From NCBI GenBank assembly GCA_903852325.1, contig CAINQO010000045.1, forward strand, positions 1 to 63,784: a stretch of 63,784 bases of DNA, written 5' to 3'. Within the stretch, counting starts at the first letter, position 1; each line of letters opens with the position of its first letter. Under the pieces are notes generated by a model. It searched no databases and had not been told where the DNA came from. It saw only the letters and a program-made list of their open reading frames with translations. Made by a program: the position numbers and the translations under genes. This document shows, piece by piece, positions 44,575 to 54,007 of the stretch. Source of the stretch: Candidatus Omnitrophota bacterium (lineage in GTDB: Bacteria > Omnitrophota > Gorgyraeia > Gygaellales > Profunditerraquicolaceae).

Positions 44575-45063
44575 ATGATCGAAGAAAAAAAGAGCATGCA
44601 GGAAGAGGTCGCCAGCCTGGTCGAGAAGTGGAAGGATAAAGAAGGGAATTTGATCATGATCCTGCATGAGCTGCAGAATTATTACGGCTATGTCCCGCGC
44701 CCGGCGGCTTTGGAGCTTTCCCGGGTTTTACATGCCCCGCTGGCCAGGATCTACGAAGTGATTACCTTCTATAATTTTTTTAAACTGGAAGCTCCCGGCA
44801 AACATACGATCTCTTTGTGCCTGGGGACCGCCTGTTATTTAAAAGGTTCGGCTATCCTGCTGAATGAAATTAAAACCCTGCTGAATATCGAGGAGGGGCA
44901 AACCACCAAAGACGGCCTTTTCCAGCTGGATGTGGTCCGCTGCCTGGGTTGCTGCGGGCTGGCTCCGGTGATCAAGATTGATGATAAAATTTACGGCAAA
45001 GTGCAGAAAAACCAGGTAATGGGGATCCTTTCCGAATACGCCGAACATAAACCAGAGGTATAA
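44575..45063 (+). CDS. hydC: NuoE-like [2Fe-2S] subunit of NAD(H)-linked [FeFe] hydrogenase
   Basis: 162 aa; CLGTACYLKG ... CLGCCGLAP cysteine pattern. Confidence 0.9.
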   Translation: MIEEKKSMQEEVASLVEKWKDKEGNLIMILHELQNYYGYVPRPAALELSRVLHAPLARIYEVITFYNFFKLEAPGKHTISLCLGTACYLKGSAILLNEIKTLLNIEEGQTTKDGLFQLDVVRCLGCCGLAPVIKIDDKIYGKVQKNQVMGILSEYAEHKPEV

Positions 45064-45064
45064 A

Positions 45065-45418
45065 ATGGGAAAACTTACGCCAAAAGATTTGGAGAGAATA
45101 AAAACGGCGCACGCCGATGACGGTAAAGACTGGATCAAAGTCGGGATGAGTACCTGCGGGATCGCCGCCGGGGCGGATAAAGTATATGCGCTTTTTGTCG
45201 AAGAGATCAAGAAAAGAAACCTGAATATCCAGGTGAAAAAATGCGGCTGCCAGGGGATGTGTTATTCCGAGCCGTCGGTAGAGGTGCGCGTCAAAGGCCT
45301 GCCGGATGTGATTTACGGCAAGGTGGATAAAGAAGGGGTAATCAAGATTTTAGATAAACATGTGTGCGGTAATGCGCTGGTAAAAGATTCCATCTACGAA
45401 TTAAGGACAAAGAGGTAA
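45065..45418 (+). CDS. small thioredoxin-like [2Fe-2S] ferredoxin subunit
   Basis: 117 aa; MSTCGIAAGA and CGCQGMCYSEP motifs; lies between the NuoE-like and NuoF-like genes, as in tetrameric HydABCD enzymes. Confidence 0.7.
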   Translation: MGKLTPKDLERIKTAHADDGKDWIKVGMSTCGIAAGADKVYALFVEEIKKRNLNIQVKKCGCQGMCYSEPSVEVRVKGLPDVIYGKVDKEGVIKILDKHVCGNALVKDSIYELRTKR

Positions 45419-45424
45419 ATTAAA

Positions 45425-47164
45425 ATGGGCGCCAAGATCGTTTTTATCAAAGATACCGCTGTAAACCAGGATACGACCCAGGATTTTTATGTCCACTTTT
45501 CGAACATCCTGCGCGAAAACGCATTGGAGGGCAAGGTTCAGGTGGTCAGGGTCGCCGATATCGGGATCTACGGCCAGGGGCTGGTAGTCAAGTTTCCCGA
45601 AGAAAATATAATTTATGCCAATGTGCAGGAAAAGGATCTAAAAAATATCGTCGATAAGACGGTCAGGGACGGTCAGGTGATCAAGGAATTATTATACCAA
45701 CCCGAGCCCAAACAGCTGCGCATTGTTTTGCGTAACTGCGGGGAGATCGACCCGGAAAATATCGACGAATATATCGCCAAGGACGGTTACCGGGCTTTGG
45801 CTAAGGCAATCAATGATTACCAGCCGGAGCAGGTGATCGAGGAATTGAAAAAAAGCGGCTTAAGGGGGAGGGGCGGGGCGGGATTCCCCACTTGGTTAAA
45901 ATGGAAGTTGACCCGGGAGACCCCGGAGGCGCAAAAATACGTAATCTGTAATGCCGATGAGGGAGATCCCGGAGCGTATATGGATCGCGGGGTGCTTGAG
46001 GGAGATCCGCATTCGGTGATCGAAGGATTGATCCTGGCCGGATACGCGATCGGAGCTTCCAAAGGGTATTTCTATGTGCGCGCCGAGTATCCGCTGGCGG
46101 TGGAAAGGATCGAAAAGGCTTTAAAACAGGCTTACGACTGCGGATTTTTGGGAAAAAATATTTTCGGCAGCAGTTTCAGTTTTGAGGTCGATATCCGTTT
46201 AGGGGCCGGGGCATTTGTCTGCGGCGAAGAAACCGCGTTGATCGCTTCCATCGAAGGCAGGCGCGGGACTCCCCGTCCGCGGCCGCCGTATCCTTCGGTA
46301 AAAGGTTTATGGGGAAAGCCCACGGCGATCAATAACGTCGAGACTCTGGCCAATATCCCCCCGATAATTTTAAAGGGGGGCGCCTGGTATGCTTCCATCG
46401 GGACCGAGAAATCAAAAGGCACCAAAGTGTTCGCGCTCACCGGAAAAGTGAAAAATTCCGGGTTAGTGGAAGTGCCGATGGGGATCACTTTAAGAGAGAT
46501 TGTTTTTGATATCGGCGGAGGGATGTTTTCCGGTAAGGGGTTAAAGGCGATCCAAACCGGAGGGCCTTCCGGAGGGGTCATCCCGAAAGAATATTTAGAC
46601 ACCCCGGTAGATTATGAAAACCTGCAGAAGCTGGGTTCGATCATGGGCTCAGGCGGAATGATCGTCATGGATGAGGACGATTGCATGGTGGATATCGCAA
46701 AGTTTTACCTGGGTTTTTGCGTGGATGAATCCTGCGGCAAATGCGTGCCCTGCCGGATCGGCGGGTATCAGATGTTGAATCTGCTGAATAAAATTACCGA
46801 AAGCCGGGGGGAACTTACGGACCTGGATAGTTTGAAGCGGATTGCCGTAGCGATGCAAAAAGCCTCCCTGTGCGCTTTGGGCCAGACCGCGGCAAACCCG
46901 GTAGTTTCCACGATCCGCTATTTTGAGGAAGAATACAAGGATCACATCGTCAATAAAAAATGCCGCTCGCATAAATGTAAGCACCTGCTTAATTACAACG
47001 TGATCCAGGAAAAATGCAAACGCTGCCGGGTTTGCGTAATCAACTGTCCGGTTAACGCCATCGAGGGAGACAAGGAAAAAGGATTTTTTGTCGACCCGAA
47101 AACCTGCGTGCGTTGCGGTAAATGTTATGAAGTCTGTAAATTCAATGCTATTTTTAAGGAGTAA
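45425..47164 (+). CDS. hydB: NuoF-like NAD(H)/FMN/Fe-S subunit of [FeFe] hydrogenase
   Basis: 579 aa; GRGGAGFPTWLKW FMN/NADH motif, ESCGKCVPCR N3 cluster motif, C-terminal 2x[4Fe-4S] motifs. Confidence 0.93.
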   Translation: MGAKIVFIKDTAVNQDTTQDFYVHFSNILRENALEGKVQVVRVADIGIYGQGLVVKFPEENIIYANVQEKDLKNIVDKTVRDGQVIKELLYQPEPKQLRIVLRNCGEIDPENIDEYIAKDGYRALAKAINDYQPEQVIEELKKSGLRGRGGAGFPTWLKWKLTRETPEAQKYVICNADEGDPGAYMDRGVLEGDPHSVIEGLILAGYAIGASKGYFYVRAEYPLAVERIEKALKQAYDCGFLGKNIFGSSFSFEVDIRLGAGAFVCGEETALIASIEGRRGTPRPRPPYPSVKGLWGKPTAINNVETLANIPPIILKGGAWYASIGTEKSKGTKVFALTGKVKNSGLVEVPMGITLREIVFDIGGGMFSGKGLKAIQTGGPSGGVIPKEYLDTPVDYENLQKLGSIMGSGGMIVMDEDDCMVDIAKFYLGFCVDESCGKCVPCRIGGYQMLNLLNKITESRGELTDLDSLKRIAVAMQKASLCALGQTAANPVVSTIRYFEEEYKDHIVNKKCRSHKCKHLLNYNVIQEKCKRCRVCVINCPVNAIEGDKEKGFFVDPKTCVRCGKCYEVCKFNAIFKE

Positions 47165-47168
47165 TTAA

Positions 47169-48914
47169 ATGGTTAAAGGAAAGATCAATAATATAGCGGT
47201 GGAGGTGGATGAGGGGGTATCCATTCTGGACGCGGCTAAAAAAGCCCAGATCAAGATCCCCACCCTTTGTAAGCACCCGGACCTGCCTCCCGGCGCCGGA
47301 TGCGGTCTATGCATTATCAGGATCAAGGGGACGCCGAAAATGCTGCGCGCCTGCTGTACGCCGTTAGAGGAGGGGATGGAGATCACTACCCATGACCCGG
47401 AGATCGTTGCGGTGCGCCGCACCGTGCTGGAATTGATCCTTTCCAACCACCCGAATGACTGCCTGCAGTGCGGCAGGAACAACAACTGCGAGTTACAGAC
47501 GCTGGTAGCGGATTTCGGCATCCGCCAGGAGTCTTTTCAGAAATTCCTGCCGGATGTGCCCAAGGATGATTCTACCCGCACGATCGTGCTTGACCCGCAG
47601 AAATGTATCCGCTGCGGAAGATGCGTTAAAGTCTGCCAGGAGATGCAGAATGTTTGGGCGCTTTCATTTTTGGAGAGAGGTTTTTGCACCCGGATTTCCC
47701 CGGCCGGAGATATAAAGCTGGCGGATTCTCCCTGCATCCGCTGCGGCCAATGCTCTAACCATTGCCCGACCGGTTCGATCGTGGAGCTGGATGAGACGGC
47801 AAGGGTTTGGGAATTATTGCAGGACCAGGATAAACATTGCGTGGTCCAGATCGCTCCGGCAGTCAGGGTAGCGATCGGGGAAGCTTTCGGCTATCCTTTG
47901 GGAACGAACTTAACCAAGAAACTTTACGCTTTACTTCGCCGGCTGGGATTTAAAGCGGTTTTCGATACGAATTTCGGCGCCGACGTGACGATCATGGAGG
48001 AGGCCAATGAATTTATCCAAAGGTTGCAGAAGGGTAAGGGCCACCTTCCCTTGATCACTTCCTGCTGCCCGGGTTGGGTGGATTTTATGGAAAAATTCCA
48101 TCCGGACATGATCGATCATTTTTCCAGCTGTAAATCCCCGCATGAAATCGTCGGGGTTTTATCCAAGACCTATTACGCGGAAAAGAATAATATCGATCCT
48201 AAAAAGATCGTGGTAGTTTCGATCATGCCTTGCACGGCGAAGAAGAATGAGATCATCCGCAGTGAAGAGATGTATGCTTCCGGCAGCCAGGATGTGGATG
48301 TGGCGCTGACTACCCGGGAATTAGCCAGAATGATCAAGCAGGCGGGGATAGATTTTGTAAATCTGCCGGATGAAAACCCGGATCATTTATTGGGGGATTA
48401 TACCGGAGCCGGGGTAATTTTCGGAGCAACCGGAGGGGTAATGGAGGCGGCATTAAGGACCGCTTACTTTTTACTTAACGGCAAAAACATGGAAAAGGTC
48501 GAGTTGAACCAGATTCGCGGCCTGGACGGGGTGAAAGTTTCCGAGATCCCGATCAACGGTAAAAGGATCCGCGTCGCGGTTGCCCACGGTTTAAATCACG
48601 TGGAGTATGTGTTGGACCAGGTCAGGGAAGCGGAAAAAAATAATAAAGAGATGCCTTTTCATTTTATCGAAGTCATGGCCTGCCTGGGCGGATGTGTCGG
48701 CGGCGGCGGGCAGCCTTACGGGGTAACCGATGAGCTGCGGGCAAAACGCGCCGCGGGAATTTATCAGGATGATAAAAGCTCTAAACAGCGCTGTTCACAT
48801 GAAAATCCTTTTGTGCAGCAGCTGTATAAGGAATTTTTAGGGGCGCCTTTAAGCGAGAAAGCGGAACACCTGCTGCATACGCATTACCATGCGCGGCCGG
48901 TTTACGCTAAATAA
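47169..48914 (+). CDS. hydA: [FeFe] hydrogenase catalytic subunit
   Basis: 581 aa; N-terminal 2Fe-2S and 4Fe-4S domains; H-cluster motifs TSCCPGW, MPCTAKKNE, EVMACLGGCVGGGGQP. Confidence 0.95.
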   Translation: MVKGKINNIAVEVDEGVSILDAAKKAQIKIPTLCKHPDLPPGAGCGLCIIRIKGTPKMLRACCTPLEEGMEITTHDPEIVAVRRTVLELILSNHPNDCLQCGRNNNCELQTLVADFGIRQESFQKFLPDVPKDDSTRTIVLDPQKCIRCGRCVKVCQEMQNVWALSFLERGFCTRISPAGDIKLADSPCIRCGQCSNHCPTGSIVELDETARVWELLQDQDKHCVVQIAPAVRVAIGEAFGYPLGTNLTKKLYALLRRLGFKAVFDTNFGADVTIMEEANEFIQRLQKGKGHLPLITSCCPGWVDFMEKFHPDMIDHFSSCKSPHEIVGVLSKTYYAEKNNIDPKKIVVVSIMPCTAKKNEIIRSEEMYASGSQDVDVALTTRELARMIKQAGIDFVNLPDENPDHLLGDYTGAGVIFGATGGVMEAALRTAYFLLNGKNMEKVELNQIRGLDGVKVSEIPINGKRIRVAVAHGLNHVEYVLDQVREAEKNNKEMPFHFIEVMACLGGCVGGGGQPYGVTDELRAKRAAGIYQDDKSSKQRCSHENPFVQQLYKEFLGAPLSEKAEHLLHTHYHARPVYAK

Positions 48915-48997
48915 ATTAATCCTGCGCTAAAACGCGCAGCAATATATTCCTGCGGTAAGGAGCTTTGGCTCTGAATCCAAGGGGGATAATAATTTAG

Positions 48998-49046
48998 AAT
49001 CCCAACCTTTATGCAGGAGAAATTGCAAAATAGAGGTTGGGATTTT
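48998..49046 (+). terminator. terminator-like hairpin after hydA
   Basis: AATCCCAACCT pairs with AGGTTGGGATT, 25-nt loop, short T-run. Confidence 0.4.
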
Positions 49047-49117
49047 GCTTGCGGAAGCACATTGGCGCGATTCCACTATGCGTCAGGTGTAGTCAACCAC
49101 TGTCTATGGAGGCTAAT

Positions 49118-49396
49118 ATGGAGAAGCGTCTAGGTTTTGTCGGGATGATCGTGCATAACCGTAAGAAAACTGCGCCTCAGGTGAACAAAGTATTAACCGA
49201 ATTCGGCGATTTGATTATCGGCCGGATGGGGATCCCGCATGTCAAGAGGGAGCACAGCGTGATTGTGGTGATCGTGGATGCTTCTACCGATGAATTAGGG
49301 GCAATGACCGGGAAGCTTGGAAAGATCGAAGGAGTTTCGGTGAAGTCTGGCTTAAGCAAAGACGAAACCTGCGCGGCGCTGGGGAAGAAGGAATAA
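49118..49396 (+). CDS. small ACT/NikR-C-like protein, TM1266-type iron-only hydrogenase system regulator
   Basis: 92 aa (MEKRLGFVGMIVHNRKKTAPQVNKVLTEFGDLIIGRMGIP...); conserved position ahead of hydG-hydE-hydF; GGAGG RBS before ATG 49118. Confidence 0.6.
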   Translation: MEKRLGFVGMIVHNRKKTAPQVNKVLTEFGDLIIGRMGIPHVKREHSVIVVIVDASTDELGAMTGKLGKIEGVSVKSGLSKDETCAALGKKE

Positions 49397-49419
49397 ATTC
49401 GCCTAACCTTAAATTAAAG

Positions 49420-50805
49420 ATGAAATATATAAATGCGGAAAAGATAAATAATTTATTGACGGATGCGGCTAAATTTGACCGTCGCCGATTAGATCAAATT
49501 TTGGACAAAGCCAGGTCGCTTAAACGTTTGACGCTTGCGGAGTCTGCGGCGTTATTGTCCGTTAAGGATCCGCAGGACCTCCAGAAAATATTCGCCGCCG
49601 CCAGCTTCGTTAAAGATGCGATTTACGGCAGGAGGGTAGTATTGTTTGCTCCGCTTTATATCAGCAATCTGTGCGCGAATAACTGTCTTTATTGCGCGTT
49701 TAAGGCGGATAATCTGGCGCTTAAGCGTAAAGCGCTGGCTATCCCGGAGATCGGAGAGCAAGCCGAATGGCTGCTCAAGCGCGGGCACAAAAGGATACTC
49801 ATGGTGTGCGGAGAAAAGGCTCCCGCAGGCAAATCCGGGGTCAGCTATTATACGGAAGCGGTGCAAGCCATATACAGCGCCGGAAGCGGTAAGGATAAAA
49901 TTAAAAGGGTCAATATTAATTGCGCGCCTTTAAGTATCGATGAATTTAAACAGCTTAAGGCCAGCGGCATCGGGACTTATCAGATATTTCAGGAGACTTA
50001 TCACGAACAGACTTACCGCCTCATGCATCCGTCCGGCCCCAAAAGCGATCCGGATAACCGGATTACCGCGGTTGACCGCGCCTTTAAAGCCGGGATCGAC
50101 GATATCGGGATCGGAGCGCTTTTTGGTTTATACGATTACCGTTTTGAAACTTTGGGCCTCTTGAGCCATGTCGAGCATATGGAAGAGGAGTTTAAGGTCG
50201 GCCCGCACACAATTTCGGTGCCGCGGATTGAACCGGCAGAGGGTTCCTTGATATCGCTTAATCCTCCCTGTAAAATTACCGATGAGGAATTTAAAAAAAT
50301 AGTCGCGGTCCTAAGGCTCAGCGTGCCTTATACCGGGATCATTATGTCTACCCGGGAGAACCCGGCTTTGCGGGACAGCCTGCTGAGCCTGGGGGTTTCC
50401 CAGGTCAGCGCTGGATCCAATACCTCTCCGGGAGGATATTCCGCGGCCAGGGCCGCAGCCGGAGGGCAATTTTCTTTAGGGGACACCCGCAGCCTGGATG
50501 AGATCGTGGGAACCCTTATTGCCCATGATTACATTCCCAGCTTTTGCGCCGCCTGCTACCGCATGGAGCGGACCGGGGAAAGTTTTATGGAACTGGCCCG
50601 GCCCGGAACCATTAAAGGTAAATGCAATATGAATGCCTTGATCACCTTGCAGGAGTATCTGTATGATTTCGCCTCCGCGCCCGTTAAGGCCGCCGGGCAA
50701 AAGATGATCGACCGTTATTTTAAGGCGCTGGCGCCTGCGGACCAGGAAAAGCTTAAGATTTTTTTTGCGCACGTAGCGCAAGGTAAAAGGGATGAGTATG
50801 TCTAA
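49420..50805 (+). CDS. hydG: [FeFe] hydrogenase maturase HydG (radical SAM)
   Basis: 461 aa; CANNCLYCAF radical SAM motif; C-terminal cysteines (FCAACYR, GKCNMN). Confidence 0.92.
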   Translation: MKYINAEKINNLLTDAAKFDRRRLDQILDKARSLKRLTLAESAALLSVKDPQDLQKIFAAASFVKDAIYGRRVVLFAPLYISNLCANNCLYCAFKADNLALKRKALAIPEIGEQAEWLLKRGHKRILMVCGEKAPAGKSGVSYYTEAVQAIYSAGSGKDKIKRVNINCAPLSIDEFKQLKASGIGTYQIFQETYHEQTYRLMHPSGPKSDPDNRITAVDRAFKAGIDDIGIGALFGLYDYRFETLGLLSHVEHMEEEFKVGPHTISVPRIEPAEGSLISLNPPCKITDEEFKKIVAVLRLSVPYTGIIMSTRENPALRDSLLSLGVSQVSAGSNTSPGGYSAARAAAGGQFSLGDTRSLDEIVGTLIAHDYIPSFCAACYRMERTGESFMELARPGTIKGKCNMNALITLQEYLYDFASAPVKAAGQKMIDRYFKALAPADQEKLKIFFAHVAQGKRDEYV

Positions 50806-51862
50806 GCCCGAGGATATTTTAAACCGGATCTATGATCAGGCCTTGCCGGAACCGGCTGACCTGGAGCAGGCCTTGTCCTGGGATAAACCGCAGGAGCTTG
50901 AGCGGTTATTTAATTTTGCCGATACGGTAAGAAAAGAATACTGCGGGGACGGGATCATCCCGCGCGGAATAATCGAATTTTCCAATTTTTGCGATAAGGA
51001 GTGCTCTTATTGCGGTTTAAATAAAAATAACCGCAAGCTTGGCCGCTACCGGATGAAAGCAGAGGAGGTGCTCAAAAGCGCCGGTCATTTATTTTCTTGC
51101 GGGATCAGGACGGTGGTTTTGCAATCCGGGGAAGACCCGGGGAGCGATGTTTCCTGGCTGGCGGAGATGATCAAACAGATAAAATCGCAGTTTGCTCTAA
51201 GCATTACCCTTTGCGTCGGAGAGCGTCCTTTCCAGGATTACCGGCGGTGGAAGGATGCCGGCGCGGACCGGTATCTTTTAAAAATAGAGACTTCTGATAA
51301 GGAATTATACCGGCAAATGCATCCGGGAATGAGCTTTGAGCAGAGGATCGGTTGTTTGGATGCTTTGCGCGAATCAGGGTACCAGGTGGGTTCGGGAAAT
51401 ATCGTGGGATTACCCGGCCAGAGCCGGGAAAGCCTTGCCCGGGACATTTTGTTTTTTAAACAGAATAATTTTGACATGATCGGTATCGGCCCGTTTATCG
51501 CGCATCAGGAAACCCGGCTGGCCGGCCAGCCCAAAGGCCAGGCGCTGCTTACTTTAAAAGTGCTGGCGCTGGCCCGGATTGCTACCCGCAACGCGCATTT
51601 ACCGGCGACCACGGCTTTGGGCAGCCTGGGAGAAGATTACCGGCAGGAGGGTTTAAAGTGCGGAGCCAATGTTTTAATGCCGAATTTTACCCCGCTTCCC
51701 TACCGCAAGCTTTATGAGATCTATCCGGATAAAAAATGCGTCAATGAACCGGTGGGCGCCTGCAATTTCTGCATGGAGCAGATGGCCAAACAGATCAACC
51801 GGTTCATCGATTATACTAAAGGCGATTCTTTAAAATTCAAAGGAGTAACGTTAAATGTATAG
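50792..51862 (+). CDS. hydE: [FeFe] hydrogenase maturase HydE (radical SAM)
   Basis: 356 aa; CDKECSYCG motif; BioB-like fold motifs. Confidence 0.9.
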   Translation: MSMSKPEDILNRIYDQALPEPADLEQALSWDKPQELERLFNFADTVRKEYCGDGIIPRGIIEFSNFCDKECSYCGLNKNNRKLGRYRMKAEEVLKSAGHLFSCGIRTVVLQSGEDPGSDVSWLAEMIKQIKSQFALSITLCVGERPFQDYRRWKDAGADRYLLKIETSDKELYRQMHPGMSFEQRIGCLDALRESGYQVGSGNIVGLPGQSRESLARDILFFKQNNFDMIGIGPFIAHQETRLAGQPKGQALLTLKVLALARIATRNAHLPATTALGSLGEDYRQEGLKCGANVLMPNFTPLPYRKLYEIYPDKKCVNEPVGACNFCMEQMAKQINRFIDYTKGDSLKFKGVTLNV

Positions 51863-53096
51863 GACACCCGCAAGCAACCGGCTGCACATAGGGATATTCG
51901 GAAAAAGAAACACCGGCAAATCCAGTTTGATCAACGCGGTCACCGGGCAGGAGGCGGCGATTGTTTCGGAGATTGCCGGCACGACCACCGACCCGGTATA
52001 TAAATCCATGGAAATTATGCCCATCGGCCCCTGCATGCTGATCGATACTGCCGGGATCGATGATGTGGGGATCCTGGGGGAGGAAAGGGTCAAGCGCACC
52101 CTGGTGGTTTTAAGAAAAACCGACCTGGGGCTGATCGTAGTTTCCCCGGATACGACCATCGATAATTTTGAAGAAGAATTGATCGGCACGCTGCAAAAGA
52201 AGAAACTGCCGTTTTTGTTTGTGATCAATAAATGCGAATTACCCGGTAATGCCGCGCAGGATTATCTGGAAAAAAACAAACTCCCCTTTATCCGGGTCAG
52301 CGCCAAAACCAAGCAGGGGATCGAAGAACTTAAATTAAAGATCATGGAGATGGCTCCCGGGCACTGGTCCCCGGTCCCGCTAGTCGGTGATATTATCAGC
52401 GCCAAAGACGTGGTGATCCTGGTTTGTCCGATCGATAATGCCATGCCGCAGGGCCGCCTGATCTTACCGCAGGTGCAGGTGATGCGCGATTGCCTGGATA
52501 ACAACGCGATGGCTTTGGTGACCAAGGAAACGGAATTACTGGACTGTCTTAAGGCGTTAAAAGCCAAGCCGCGCCTGGTGATCACCGATTCGCAGGTGTT
52601 TGAGGATGTCCGGGATATGCTGCCCGCCGATATTGCGCTCACCTCATTTTCTACGGTTTTTGCCAGGCATAAGGGTGACCTTAACGCTTACATCCGCGGG
52701 GTATACGCGTTGGAAGGGTTAAAGGACGGAGATGAAATTTTAATTGCAGAAGCCTGCACGCACCATGTGCAGCCGGAAGATATCGGCCGCTCCAAGATCC
52801 CCAGCTGGTTATTGAATTATACGAAAAAAGAACTGCATTACGAAGTAACCGCGGGAGGGGATTTTCCGGAAGATTTACGCCGCTATAAATTGATCATTTC
52901 CTGCGGCGGCTGCATGGTCAACCGGAGGGAAATCCTGCACCGGATCCAGAAAGCCAAAGACGCGGGGGTGCCGATCACTAATTACGGGGTTTTAATGGCG
53001 TATCTGTCCGGGATCCTTGAGCGAGTGATCGCGCCTTTCCGGGGAGGCCTGGTTGAGATTGATACGCCGCAGTTTGACAAAGTCAGGGGAAAGTAG
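51855..53096 (+). CDS. hydF: [FeFe] hydrogenase maturase GTPase HydF
   Basis: 413 aa; G1 GKRNTGKSS, G3 DTAG, C-terminal cluster cysteines (EACTHH, SCGGCMVN). Confidence 0.92.
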   Translation: MYRTPASNRLHIGIFGKRNTGKSSLINAVTGQEAAIVSEIAGTTTDPVYKSMEIMPIGPCMLIDTAGIDDVGILGEERVKRTLVVLRKTDLGLIVVSPDTTIDNFEEELIGTLQKKKLPFLFVINKCELPGNAAQDYLEKNKLPFIRVSAKTKQGIEELKLKIMEMAPGHWSPVPLVGDIISAKDVVILVCPIDNAMPQGRLILPQVQVMRDCLDNNAMALVTKETELLDCLKALKAKPRLVITDSQVFEDVRDMLPADIALTSFSTVFARHKGDLNAYIRGVYALEGLKDGDEILIAEACTHHVQPEDIGRSKIPSWLLNYTKKELHYEVTAGGDFPEDLRRYKLIISCGGCMVNRREILHRIQKAKDAGVPITNYGVLMAYLSGILERVIAPFRGGLVEIDTPQFDKVRGK

Positions 53097-53103
53097 TATA
53101 AAC

Positions 53104-53153
53104 AAGGGGACGGTTCTCTTTTAACAAATCTTATCAAAGAGAATGGTCCCCTT
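53104..53153 (+). terminator. 18-bp imperfect hairpin after hydF
   Basis: AAGGGGACGGTTCTCTTT pairs with AAAGAGAATGGTCCCCTT (one mismatch, one wobble); weak T-tract. Confidence 0.45.
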
Positions 53154-53167
53154 AATTTAAGACAAAA

Positions 53168-54007
53168 ATGAAAATTCTTGCCAAAGAAATAATCGCCGAT
53201 TACTCCGGGATCAAAATTATTCAGTTAATCGTGGAGGCCCCGGAGATCAGCCGTAAAGCCCGCGCCGGCCAGTTTGTCGTGATAATGGTTAGCGAAAAAG
53301 GGGAAAGGATTCCTTTGACCATTGTGGAGGCGGATGCGCAAGCCGGCAGGATAAAACTTATTTTTCAGGAAGCCGGTTTAACTACCCGGGTTCTGGGAGC
53401 CCGCAGCGCCGGAGATGATTTATTCGCTTTGCTTGGACCGTTGGGGCACCCCACGGAAATTAGCAAGTATGGAAAAGTGATCCTGGTTGCCGGAGGAGTG
53501 GGGATCGCCGAGATCCTGCCGGTTGCCCGGGCATTAAAGCAGGCCGGTAATCAGGTAATCAGCATCCTGGGAGCAAAGAATCAGGCGCTGCTTATTTTAG
53601 AGAAGGAAATTAAAGCCTACAGTGATGAGTTTTATCCGGTAACCGATGACGGCTCGAGTGGAAAAAAAGGTTTTACCACTGATAAGCTTGAAGAGCTTTT
53701 AAGTCAGGGTAAATATGATTTGATTTACGCGGTCGGCCCCATTCCGATGATGAAAAAAGTATCCGCGATCAGCCAGGCCGCCGGGGTCAAAATCCTGGTT
53801 TCCTTGAATGCGCTGATGGTCGACGCCACCGGGATGTGCGGCTGCTGCCGGGTAACCGTAGGCGGGCAGGTTAAATTCAGCTGCATTGATGGCCCGGATT
53901 TTGACGGCCAATACGTTGACTGGGAGGAACTGGCCAAAAGAAATCAGGCCTACAATCAGCAGGAAAAACATATCTGCAGCCATTTTCCTTCAGCGAAAAC
54001 CCCATGA
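53168..54007 (+). CDS. nfnA: NfnA-type ferredoxin-NADP+ reductase subunit (FAD/[2Fe-2S])
   Basis: 279 aa; FNR-like fold with C-terminal CGCCRV...FSCIDGP cluster motif. Confidence 0.85.
   Translation: MKILAKEIIADYSGIKIIQLIVEAPEISRKARAGQFVVIMVSEKGERIPLTIVEADAQAGRIKLIFQEAGLTTRVLGARSAGDDLFALLGPLGHPTEISKYGKVILVAGGVGIAEILPVARALKQAGNQVISILGAKNQALLILEKEIKAYSDEFYPVTDDGSSGKKGFTTDKLEELLSQGKYDLIYAVGPIPMMKKVSAISQAAGVKILVSLNALMVDATGMCGCCRVTVGGQVKFSCIDGPDFDGQYVDWEELAKRNQAYNQQEKHICSHFPSAKTP

Noticed and set aside
49037-49117. N-terminal extension of the TM1266-like ORF
   Set aside because: It starts inside the hydA terminator-like hairpin. GGAGG precedes ATG 49118, where the conserved MEKRLGFVG sequence begins.
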